Part shown: piece by piece, positions 10,485-21,004 of the stretch
Numbering within the stretch: position 1 is the stretch's first letter
Layout of the letters: the number at the start of each line of letters is the position of its first letter
The notes under the pieces: generated by a model
What the model saw: the letters and a program-made list of their open reading frames with translations, nothing else
Told to the model about the DNA's origin: nothing
The model's database searches: none
Program-made: the position numbers and the translations under genes
Source of the DNA: Macrostomum lignano
Taxonomy: Eukaryota
Length of the DNA: 64,000 nt
Direction: 5' to 3'
NCBI GenBank assembly: GCA_002269645.1
Contig: NIVC01001187.1
Location: 186,001 to 250,000 of the forward strand

Positions 10485-13400
10485 ATGGGTATGTTATTTG
10501 ACCTGTGCTGTTACTCATGTATATTACTTTCAAAAAATTAGGTTGTAGCATGCTTTATTTTTTTACTGTTGCCATCAATAGCAGATCCAGAAAATTTTGA
10601 ATGGGGGGTGCAGACTATTAAGGTACATATATATTCATATAATGTACAAGTATATGTACATGATAATGTGTATTTTCCATATAAAAAATCAAAAAATCTA
10701 ACTCAATGGGGGGCGCGCCCTGTGCGCCCCCCTCTAAATCCGCTACTGGTTGCCATATATGATATTAGGTGCATTTACCCACAAATCATATTTTGTATAA
10801 CATAAAAACAGGCATATATTTTTTATTGTAGTTTGTAGTTTGTGTAGTCTAGGGCCTAAGTAAGCAAAGTAATCTATAAATGTAAGACAGATTTTTCATT
10901 TTTATAGGTATAAACTATAGGTTAAGATATACAGTAGTATTAGTAATTAAAATTAGCAATTACAATATATAATAGGCCTAAAACAAGGGTACATCTAAAA
11001 ATTAAGACTATGTTTAGAACTTTAGGTTAGGCCTAACTTAAAATATTGAAATGTTTATTTGCTTATATAGTAATCAGTTTGATAGAATATAATCTAGTGA
11101 AAGAAGTATAGCTTTTTGATATTCTTATAACTATTTTATCTCATTTTTTCTACCTTTTTCAAAACTTTTATAGGTGACCAGCTTGAGAACATCCCCTATC
11201 CATCTATGATCTCATTTGTGCTCATCCTAGTAGGCAGCTGCATCATGACTGGCACACTCTATGAAGCAGTTCGAAGGACAGATACCTACTTTCGCAGTAC
11301 ATTTTATCCTATAGATGGGTATGTGGCTGCTTTATAAACAAGCTCAAAATTTCTTTTATATCAAAATATTTCTGTTGTGAGCTGGTGAAAGAGACTAGAA
11401 GCACAATGTGAAATTTTCAGCTTGTGAAAGATCCTGTCTTTTGACAATATGAAACTATAAAGCTTCAAGTCTGCTCAGAATCCCCTAACTTAAAACAAAA
11501 CCACCCTGCCGCACCGCACTGCAGTCTCTCCTATGCCCAGACAGTCAGCGTCATCATCACCCCAATCACGGTAGTGCTGGCTGCCGCTCTGCTAGCATTT
11601 GGTTGCCTAGCAACCGGCGCAACCCGAGAGAAAATCTACCGAGGCAACAAGTCGATCCTGTCTGGCCGGGGCGCGGCCTTGGTGTTCCTGGCGCTGGCCC
11701 ACCTGAGCTGCCTGTGCTGGCTGGCGCTGATGTGCGGCCTGATGTTCCCGGCCACCGGCTGGCTGGTCATGGACCGCGTCTGCGCCGAGGAGTGGCGCTA
11801 CTGGCTGGACATCGACGGCGAGAAGACCAACGCCAAGTTCTTTAATTACTTCCGGTTCAACCTGACTCACTATGGTTTGTAAAAAATCCCTTACCAATTT
11901 CCACTAAACCGTAATGCTGTGCGTTAACAGTGGGAGTCTTAATTGATACTCGATTTTTTTCGTCATCTAATTAGAGCTTATAAATTTCAATTCAATATCC
12001 CCCAATCGCAGGCATCTACAAGAAGCTGTACAATTTCAATCCTTCGCTGAAGTACAACGAGACGATAACAACTGCCACGGCGTTTCAGAACTTCTGCTCG
12101 AATGTGAGAGGCTGAGCTGTTCGAATTTTCCCGTTACTTTGCCTGTTTTTTCACCGTCTAAAAATTCATTTTTTTCATGAGAAGTTAAACTCTCCCGAAA
12201 ATCATTTAACCTCGATGGCGAACTAAAATCGCAAACTTATTACAAATCATTGCAAATTTCTACAGGTAAACACAATCGGCCCTCTGTACATGTTTGCCTT
12301 GGGCGGCGCCATGTTCGTGCTGTTCGGGCTGGTGAGTAATGGCTGCCTGCACAGGGCTGCTGGGGTCCGGGTATGACTGCACACTGCATTGCAAGGTGCA
12401 GCTACCTTGGTTGAGTCCTGTTCTGTTGTCTTCTGATCTAACTGATTCTCACAGATTATCACGTGGGACTGCAGCCGCTCTCCCAGATTGTCAGGTGGGA
12501 TTGCAGCCACTCCCAGATTGTCAGATGGGATTGCAGCCACTCTCCCAGATTGTCAGATGGGATTGCAGCCACTCCCAGATTGTCAGATGGGATTGCAGCC
12601 ACTCTCCCAGATTGTCAGATGGGATTGCAGCCACTCCCAGATTGTCAGATGGGATTGCAGCCACTCATAGATTGTCAGGTGGGATTGTAGCCACTCCCAG
12701 ATTGTCAGATGGGATTGCAGCCACTCTCCCAGATTGTCAGGTGGGACTGCAGCCAATCGCAGATTGTCAGGTGGAACTGCAGCCACTCTCCCAGATTGTC
12801 AGATGGGACTGCAGCCAATCGCAGATTGTCAGATGGGATTGCAGCCACTCTCCCAGATTGTCAGGTGGGACTGGAGCCACTCTCCCAGATTGTCAGGTGT
12901 GATTGCAGCCACTCCCAGATTGTCAGGTGGGATTGCAGCCACTCTCCCAGATTGTCAGGTGGAACTGCAGCCACTCTCCCAGATTGTCAGGTGGGATTGC
13001 AGCCACTCTCCCAGATTGTCAGGTGGGACTGCAGCCACTCTTGAAAATTCCTTAGTTGCTATCACATAAGAATATGAGACATAAAAAAGGTAGCAACCTA
13101 TCTTAAAATCTGGTTAGAGCTGCCTGACAGGTTAGACAATTGTCTAACCTGACAATATAGTTAGAGCTGGCCAGGGGTTAGTGAAATGGGCGGCAACGCC
13201 TCCTCGCTGTTTCGGGACACACGGAGCCCCCTGCAGCTAAGTCAAGTAAGTCATGGTTAGAGCTGCAGTCTCACCTGACAATCTGGTTAGAGCTGCAGTC
13301 TCACCTGACAATCTGGTTAGAGCTGCAGTCTCACCTGACAATCTGGTTAGAGCTGCAGTTTCACCTAACAATGCTGTCTCTTACAATCTTAGAGTTGAAA

Positions 13401-13670
13401 TTTCAGTCGAGCATGTGAGGATAGCTGTGTTTCTAAAACAGTTAAGCCTTTTAACAATAATAAAAAACCCGTTGCCAACTGCAGTTCTGCTTCATCGGAG
13501 CCCTGTCGGCGAACTACACGAAGCTGAAGTACACGCCGGACCTGACCCAGTACCGCACGGCCAAGCAGCCGGAGGTGGAGCCAGCTGAAACCGAGTACCT
13601 GCAGGCTGCCGGCTACGCCCCAAGCATTGCGGGCCACGGACCGTCGGACTCAATTGTCTACTCTCAGTAG
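10485..13670 (+). CDS. Myelin proteolipid/M6 (PLP/DM20) family tetraspan protein, join(10485..10488, 11174..11318, 11525..11874, 12012..12103, 12266..12331, 13485..13670), 280 aa
   Basis: IPYPSMISFVLILVG..YEAV..TYF, GCLATGATREKIY and GL|FCFIGALSANY match M6/GPM6. The six exon lengths sum to 843 nt with consistent phases and GT-AG ends. The 4-nt first exon is the least certain. Confidence 0.85.
10576..10748. mobile_element. 173-bp hAT-type MITE in M6 intron 1
   Basis: Imperfect TIRs CAATAGCAGATCCA / (rc) CAGTAGCGGATTTA; exact 8-bp TSD GTTGCCAT at 10568-10575 and 10749-10756. Confidence 0.8.
12455..13040. repeat. Minisatellite, 30/32-bp unit CTCCCAGATTGTCAGATGGGATTGCAGCCA(CT), M6 intron 5
   Basis: About 19 units. 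Confidence 0.93.
13105..13370. repeat. Short 30-bp array CTGACAATCTGGTTAGAGCTGCAGTCTCAC, inverted relative of the preceding array
   Basis: Four clear units at 13255-13370 plus degenerate units from 13105; shares CTGACAATCTGG..GCTGCA with the reverse complement of the 12455 array. Confidence 0.8.
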
Positions 13671-15417
13671 CAAGTTGATGACACGCAGCGGCGCATTTTA
13701 ATTTGCCATTGTTTCATAACATCGAACTGCTGTAAAGTAAATTCGAGCTGGGATGGAAATTTGACTGCTGTCTCCTGAGCTGGCACGCCGGGGACCCCAG
13801 GACTGTCGATAGGCGGCAAGCCCTTTATTTGTCTCGCCTTCAGTCCAAGAGTTCTGCGGGGTCCATGACTGCACTGTCGCAACTTAACCATTACATGTAT
13901 GACTATTACATTCCATGCCTGCTTAGTTTAGGCCTACTTGCAATTTTTAAAACATTCCAACGCAAAATGCACGATTTTCTATCTGTGTACACAGATACTT
14001 AGAATTACTAAATGTAGATGGGCCACTCAGCACATTTGCGTGCAAGCTACTTTTCAGTTCAGTAGTAAGTTAAATTGAAGCATTTTAATGTATTTTTAAA
14101 GACAAGGCTTATTTATTTGCTGTTACCCAGCACCTCAAGCTTAAACTCTCAAACTCCTCACGGAACCACTACTCCTGCCCCGCCACCCATTTTTTATTGC
14201 CTTCCTAGGTTGTTCCAGCCTAAATCTGCCTTGTACATTTCAGTGGCTAATGTACATTATGGCTGAACCAATTAAAAAGCTGTTTACGCCTGCAAGCTTT
14301 GGCTTCTAAACTTATTCAAAGTCATCTATCTCAGCTGCCTTTATTCTTATAAAATAGCTTAGGTATTCTTCCTTGCTACTGAACTGAAAGTAGAAAGCTG
14401 TTTTGCTAAGTATATATTCCCCCATCTTTCTAGTATCTGTGGTGTATTATGTACTCGTACATGTAGGGCTAAATTGTTGTTTCCCTTGTAAATTTTTAGT
14501 TTTGTTCATGTTTACATAACTCATATTATTAATGAACGACAGTTAAACTTAACACTATGGTGCCAAATTGTAATCAGTTTGTGTGTGTGTATTCGGATCA
14601 TTAATTCTCTTTTTTAAGGCTTCAATTGTTTACCGCTTACAATGTTAGTCACGGTTTATCAATTATTTGTTGTTAGCACTTGAGCCAATTTTTGTATATA
14701 TTTTTGTTAACTACACAAAGCCCTTGACTCCCCGACATTTTACTAACATTCCACTAATGAAACAACCGTTTTCTTATGAAATAAACTTCACTAGAAGCAG
14801 TCTTCGTTATCTCTTGCTTCATATCAGAGCAAAGCAAATAATATTCTTGCAACACGCTGACGGATATTCAGTAGTGTCTTCACGATCATTCGTCAAAATA
14901 AAATAAAAATTGAAATAAAGACACTTCTACCAGTCTGGCACCCAGTAGTGAGGAAAGGCAATACGAAATGAAGAAAATGTCAACAATACTACTGATTAAG
15001 TAGCCTTAGTAGTACAGAGTAGGAAGACACTGCCCTGAATGAGCGGACTAGCTGCAGTAGTGGTTGTTCACTATAGCTAGAACACAAACTACACGCAAAA
15101 TTGCTATTTTTGTATCAGAAAATACAGAGATTATTGTTTCTGCTAATCTTTGGAATCTTTGCCACGCAGATGCCCCCTTTTAAATAATGCTCAACTGCAA
15201 TAGGTACTCTTGGGAAGGTCATGGTGGTCAAAGACCCCAGAAATTAATAGTCTTGCGGTGCCAAAGTCTACCGCATTAATAGCATTAATAGCATGCTTGA
15301 CTTGAAGCAGGTTTTCCGTCAGTGAAAACTGTTAATGAGCTAGTTCCATCATTCAGGGACGGCCGCAACTAACATGTACTTGTGGCTGAACTAGCCAGGA
15401 TATTAGACAGGCCGGCC

Positions 15418-16041
15418 TTAGTGGGCTTTGACCTTCTCAGCCTCCGCACCCTCCTCGAGCTGGTGCTGGTGCCCGCCCGCCTGTCTGTGATGATAAAACG
15501 ACAAAAAGAAGTCCCAGAACGCGGTGATGAAGCTCAGGTAGAGGATTCTGTACTTTGGCGGCAGGAAGTAGAAATTGACGGCCTGTGCGGGCGGCCAGAC
15601 CAGCCAGTCCGCCAGGTAGGCGGTTGGGAACTTGCGGCAGGCCGTCTCCCAGGCCTGGGCGGGCGTGCGGCCCTCCAGCAGCGGCATTAGCAGGAAGAAG
15701 CAGAAGTTGATGCCGATGCCCATGCCGATCTGGTCCATCAGGATCTTTTTCACGATCGTACGGCCGGCGCGGCCGGGCAGGCGATGGTCGAGCAGCACGT
15801 ACCAGAAGTGCTGCGGCGTGGCCAGCAGCAGGCCGACAATGTAGATCCGCTTGGTGCGGCTCCAGTCGATGGGGCCCACAGGCCGGCTGCCGAGGCGCTG
15901 CTCCAGCTTCTGGGCCGCCAGGTCGCCGATGCTCAGCAGGGCGGGCGCGGTGGCCAGGTTGGTGAGCAGCAGGTAGCGGGGGCTGTACGCCAGCTCGTGG
16001 AATCGCTTCAGGGCGTCCACCGCCCGACGCCAAGCAGTCAT
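15418..16041 (-). CDS. MPV17L2: Mpv17/PMP22 family protein (MPV17L2-like), single exon, 207 aa
   Basis: YLLLTN..IGDLAAQKLE..DWSRT..HFWY..LD..KKILMDQ..YLADWLVWPPAQAVNFYFLP..R.LY. Confidence 0.85.
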   Translation of the reverse strand: MTAWRRAVDALKRFHELAYSPRYLLLTNLATAPALLSIGDLAAQKLEQRLGSRPVGPIDWSRTKRIYIVGLLLATPQHFWYVLLDHRLPGRAGRTIVKKILMDQIGMGIGINFCFFLLMPLLEGRTPAQAWETACRKFPTAYLADWLVWPPAQAVNFYFLPPKYRILYLSFITAFWDFFLSFYHHRQAGGHQHQLEEGAEAEKVKAH

Positions 16042-17250
16042 TTTGGCTTTATTGCTCGAGTCTTCTAGCTTTGTGGGTCAAAATCGGACTCCTCCTGCTT
16101 TTCTGAGACTCAACTGCTAAGACTGAACCTCTGGCCGGTTTTGTGCTTGGCTCTGTATTTGAGAGCCAGCGGTCAGTGTCTCCCAGCTACTCCCGTGTGC
16201 CGGATCAGAGCCGGTTTTCATGAATTGATTGCACAATGGTTGATTGCCGCATTGTGGTGCTCTCGGCAAGGTCGCACGCGATCCGCAGTGAGGGCAGGGG
16301 CCAGTGGGATTGGGGTAGCTGGTGGAAAATTCCCAATTGTCAGGGCCGGGGGTTTCTTAAGCCCATAATTTCACAATTCATATAAAAGCATGCGTCTACC
16401 CCGGAACCCAAAGCTTCAAATACCATAATTCATAATTAATTAAAAATTCAATTTGGCAAAGTGCCATATGGTGCTACAGTAGTTTTGGGCATTAACTAAA
16501 TTATTTAATAAAATGATTGTTGCGTTGTGAAATTTTTGGTTTGTGAAAGCCAACCAATTTTGTCCAAATAAAACATTGCCTTAATGGTAGCAATAAGTGA
16601 ACCAGCGAATCCAGGGCTCAATTGAGTACTGAGAGCGGGCAACAAATTCAGCTGCTTGAATACAACAGAGACTCAATTGCAGTGTGTGAGCTGGCTCGGG
16701 GCAATCAACTCATTAGCCGGTCGATAACAAACTCAAAAAGGCCACCCGGAAATCGCTATATCGCGCTATGTGAATCGCTCTCTGTAGCCGAGTGAATCGC
16801 TTATTACGATAATAAGAGTCATTCCTACTGTTAAAGAAGCTAACAAACAAGAAGCCAAACCATTTATCCAAAAACGCTCAAAACAAGATGCAGACAGGCG
16901 TTTATGATTTGCATATGTATTTTCACTCCATCTCCGCCGGGTCGGTAGAGACCCTGTCAACAGACGCATTCCATTAACACGAAAACGATTCATTCAAGCA
17001 CGTGACCAGCATCGGAAAATCATTATTTATTGCGTTTCTCAGCCAAGCGGCCATCGAATTGCAATAATATGCAGAGACAAACATATCGCTTCTATGCTAG
17101 GCGAGACACAAAACGAATCTGGGCGATGGTACAGCGGTGACGTCCGCGTCAGTTCATCAGTCTTAACTGTCAAAGTGGCTTCTCCTAAACATCCCGGACC
17201 CCCACTACTCGCTACCACACCGGTCCATCACACCACTCGGAAGCAGATCT

Positions 17251-18102
17251 TCAGTGACGGTGAGGCTGAGCAGCCTTCATCAAAAAGTCCGAGTGCTCAG
17301 CATACGGGTGGTTGGCGGCGTTGGCCTCGGGCCACAGGTCGGGGCTCAGGTACTCGAACGTGCCCCGGATAGCCTGGTACGTGGCCTTGGCAAAGTTGCC
17401 CAGAGTGGCGGTCTGGCCTCGAGAGCAGGTGTACACGTCCTCGATGCCAGCCATCGTCAGCAGCTTCTTCGGAACGGGAGCCCCGACAATGCCCGTGCCC
17501 CTGGGAGCGGGGATCAGGCGCACCACCACGGAGCCGCACTTTCCAGTCAGCTTGCACGGCACCGTGTGGGGCTTGCCGATCTTGTTGCCCCAGTAGCCCA
17601 GGCGAACCGGGATGACCGACAGCTTGGCCAGGATGATGGCACCGCGGATGGCGGTAGCCACCTCCTTGGAGCACTTCACTCCCAGACCCACGTGCCTGTC
17701 GTAGTCACCGATGGCGACGATCGCCTTGAAGCGGGTGCGCTGACCGGCGCGGGTCTGCTTCTGCACCGGCATGATCTTCAGCACCTCGTCCTTCAGCCGG
17801 CTACCAAGGAACTGGTCGATGATCTCGCTCTCCTTGATCGGCAGGGCGAACATGTACACCTCTTCCAGGGACTTGATCTTGCCGTCCTTGACCAGCCGTC
17901 CCAGCTTGGTGACCGGCTGCCACTCCTCCTTGCCTTTGTCGCCGCCTCGGCCACCGCGGCCGCGACCCCGGCCACCGCGTCCGCGACCTCGGCCGCCTCG
18001 GCCGCCGCGTCCGCCGCGCTCGCCGCCTCCAGCGTCGCCACCGCGACCTCCGAATCCGCCGCGGAATCCGCCGCGACCGCGTGAACCGCCTCCAGAGTCC
18101 AT
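17251..18102 (-). CDS. RPS2: 40S ribosomal protein S2 (uS5), copy A, 283 aa
   Basis: RGG-rich N-terminus, [42 protein letters not shown]; AATAAA on the minus strand at 17031-17026. Confidence 0.97.
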   Translation of the reverse strand: MDSGGGSRGRGGFRGGFGGRGGDAGGGERGGRGGRGGRGRGRGGRGRGRGGRGGDKGKEEWQPVTKLGRLVKDGKIKSLEEVYMFALPIKESEIIDQFLGSRLKDEVLKIMPVQKQTRAGQRTRFKAIVAIGDYDRHVGLGVKCSKEVATAIRGAIILAKLSVIPVRLGYWGNKIGKPHTVPCKLTGKCGSVVVRLIPAPRGTGIVGAPVPKKLLTMAGIEDVYTCSRGQTATLGNFAKATYQAIRGTFEYLSPDLWPEANAANHPYAEHSDFLMKAAQPHRH

Positions 18103-18199
18103 TTAGGCTGCTAGCTGCAAGGATGGGGTTTTCAGCGGGCAGGTCAGGAGGTTTTAGAAACAAATGTGATTATTGCAGAAGGATGAGGTAGCGAAATAA

Positions 18200-18885
18200 G
18201 CGGGTGGTTCACAGGACTGTAAATGGGTGGTTCACAGGACTGTAAATGGTTAGTTCACAGGATTGTAAATGGTTGGTTCACAGGACTGTAAATGGTTGGT
18301 TCACAGGACTGTAAATGGTTGGTTCACAGGACTGTAAATGGGTGGTTCACAGGACTGTAAATGGTTGGTTCACAGGACTGTAAATGGGTGGTTTACAGGA
18401 CTGTAAATGAGTGGTTCACAGGACTGTAAATGAGTGGTTCACAGGACTGTAAATGGGTGGTTCACAGGACTGTAAATGGTTGGTTCACAGGACTGTAAAT
18501 GGGTGGTTCACAGGACTGTAAATGGGTGGTTCACAGGACTGTAAATGGTTGGTTCACAGGACTGTAAATGGTTGGTTCACAGGATTGTAAATGGTTGGTT
18601 CGCAGGACTGTAAATGGGTGGTTCACAGGACTGTAAATGGGTGGTTCACAGGACTGTAAATGCGTGGTTCACAGGACTGTAAATGGGTGGTTCACAGGAC
18701 TGTAAATGCGTGGTTCACAGGACTGTAAATGGGTGGTTCACAGGACTGTAAATGGGTGGTTCACAGGACTGTAAATGCGTGGTTCACAGGACTGTAAATG
18801 GGTGGTTCACAGGACTGTAAATGGGTGGTTCACAGGACTGTAAATGGGTGGTTCACAGGACTGTAAATAGTTGTTTCACAGGACT
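18200..18885. repeat. Minisatellite, 23-bp unit GGGTGGTTCACAGGACTGTAAAT
   Basis: About 30 units between the two RPS2 copies. Confidence 0.95.
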
Positions 18886-19810
18886 CCAAATTGTTCATAG
18901 TGTACAGGACCGTTAAATAATGAGTCGTGGAATTTTGAATTCGAAAGTATTCCTGACTGCCTATAGACGGGTTAAGAAATAGGCCGGGTGTGATAAGCCC
19001 TTCAAACAGATGCGTGAGAAACCGTTTGCAATGAGTGAACAGTCTGAGGCAATGTTGTATTTAACCACTTTGTTACTCTATTACAAAGGATAGCAAGTGT
19101 TCCATGGTGAGTGGAGAGAACTGGTCGATATTGAGCAGTATCTGTAAGAATGGTTTGGTGCAAATTTTTAATCAGTGTGAGAACTGCTGCTGGTAACTAA
19201 ACAAGCAAACAAATCAGCTACTCAGATAGGAAAGCTAGATGAACATGACTTCCCATCCTCATTTGGGTTCATGGAAGCGTATGGGGATTCAAGGACAAGA
19301 ATGTCGGAGGTTCATGGAAGCGTATGGGGATTCAGGACGATATTGTCTGCAGTCGAATCAAGACAATACAATCCGTAAGGTGCTAAACTTCTAATTTAGA
19401 GCAACTACTCAAGACAAAAAGTAAAAAAAGACGATGAGAACAGCAGTTATCCAAGTGAACAAAGGTGTTTGTTCTTTTCATTCTACAAAGGCATTCGATT
19501 AAATTTATTTCTCCAGACACTTCTTACAGACTGCGGTGGCGCAGACACAAGCTCGAGGCAGACACACGAACCTACACACACTCCTCCTGACGGAGAAACT
19601 GAACCAATAAAACAACCAAAGAACAGTTCTTTAGAGTTAAACATATCGCTTCTATGCTAGGCGAGACACAAAACGAATCTGGGCGATGGTACAGCGGTGA
19701 CGTCCGCGTCAGTTCATCAGTCTTAACTGTCAAAGTGGCTTCTCCTAAACATCCCGGACCCCCACTACTCGCTACCACACCGGTCCATCACACCACTCGG
19801 AAGCAGATCT

Positions 19811-20662
19811 TCAGTGACGGTGAGGCTGAGCAGCCTTCATCAAAAAGTCCGAGTGCTCAGCATACGGGTGGTTGGCGGCGTTGGCCTCGGGCCACAGGTC
19901 GGGGCTCAGGTACTCGAACGTGCCCCGGATAGCCTGGTACGTGGCCTTGGCAAAGTTGCCCAGAGTGGCGGTCTGGCCTCGAGAGCAGGTGTACACGTCC
20001 TCGATGCCAGCCATCGTCAGCAGCTTCTTCGGAACGGGAGCCCCGACAATGCCCGTGCCCCTGGGAGCGGGGATCAGGCGCACCACCACGGAGCCGCACT
20101 TTCCAGTCAGCTTGCACGGCACCGTGTGGGGCTTGCCGATCTTGTTGCCCCAGTAGCCCAGGCGAACCGGGATGACCGACAGCTTGGCCAGGATGATGGC
20201 ACCGCGGATGGCGGTGGCCACCTCCTTGGAGCACTTCACTCCCAGACCCACGTGCCTGTCGTAGTCACCGATGGCGACGATCGCCTTGAAGCGGGTGCGC
20301 TGACCGGCGCGGGTCTGCTTCTGCACCGGCATGATCTTCAGCACCTCGTCCTTCAGCCGGCTGCCCAGGAACTGGTCGATGATCTCGCTCTCCTTGATCG
20401 GCAGGGCGAACATGTACACCTCTTCCAGGGACTTGATCTTGCCGTCCTTGACCAGCCGTCCCAGCTTGGTGACCGGCTGCCACTCCTCCTTGCCTTTGTC
20501 GCCGCCTCGGCCACCGCGGCCGCGACCCCGGCCACCGCGTCCGCGACCTCGGCCGCCTCGGCCGCCGCGTCCGCCACGCTCGCCGCCTCCAGCGTCGCCA
20601 CCGCGACCTCCGAATCCGCCGCGGAATCCGCCGCGACCGCGTGAACCGCCTCCAGAGTCCAT
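19811..20662 (-). CDS. RPS2: 40S ribosomal protein S2 (uS5), copy B, same protein as copy A
   Basis: Same translation, offset exactly 2560 bp; four synonymous differences seen. Confidence 0.97.
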   Translation of the reverse strand: MDSGGGSRGRGGFRGGFGGRGGDAGGGERGGRGGRGGRGRGRGGRGRGRGGRGGDKGKEEWQPVTKLGRLVKDGKIKSLEEVYMFALPIKESEIIDQFLGSRLKDEVLKIMPVQKQTRAGQRTRFKAIVAIGDYDRHVGLGVKCSKEVATAIRGAIILAKLSVIPVRLGYWGNKIGKPHTVPCKLTGKCGSVVVRLIPAPRGTGIVGAPVPKKLLTMAGIEDVYTCSRGQTATLGNFAKATYQAIRGTFEYLSPDLWPEANAANHPYAEHSDFLMKAAQPHRH

Positions 20663-21004
20663 TTAGGCTGCTAGCTGCAAGGATGGGGTTTTTAGCGTCA
20701 ATAGTCATGTAAAACTGAAATGTTTTTTAGATACGGAAAAGCGCTATTTTACGGCATACTACTAGCAGTAAATGATATGCACATTTTAAAAGAACTCAAG
20801 AAGCGACGAAAGCTCTCACTGAACAAAGGCTGCAGGCGTAATAATGCAACAAGATGAACTTTGCCTCAGCAAACTAAAAATAAACTTCAAATGCTATATT
20901 TAATGAAATCAAGGTTCATTAGCAAAGTCCGATAATGAAATGCATTAACCGGGACTCAGGAAGTCCAATTAGATCATAAAAACTACAGACTGTTCGCTTC
21001 AACT

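Noticed and set aside
13173-13245. Exon-like segment (MGGNASSLFRD..Q|GTAAGT) with CAGGGG..CCCCCTG ends in M6 intron 5
   Set aside because: M6 homology continues directly from 12331 to 13485. There is no convincing acceptor, and no TSD to support a mini-hAT.
17254-18084. 276-aa plus-strand ORF (also 19814..20644)
   Set aside because: It is the antisense shadow of GC-rich RPS2 coding sequence.
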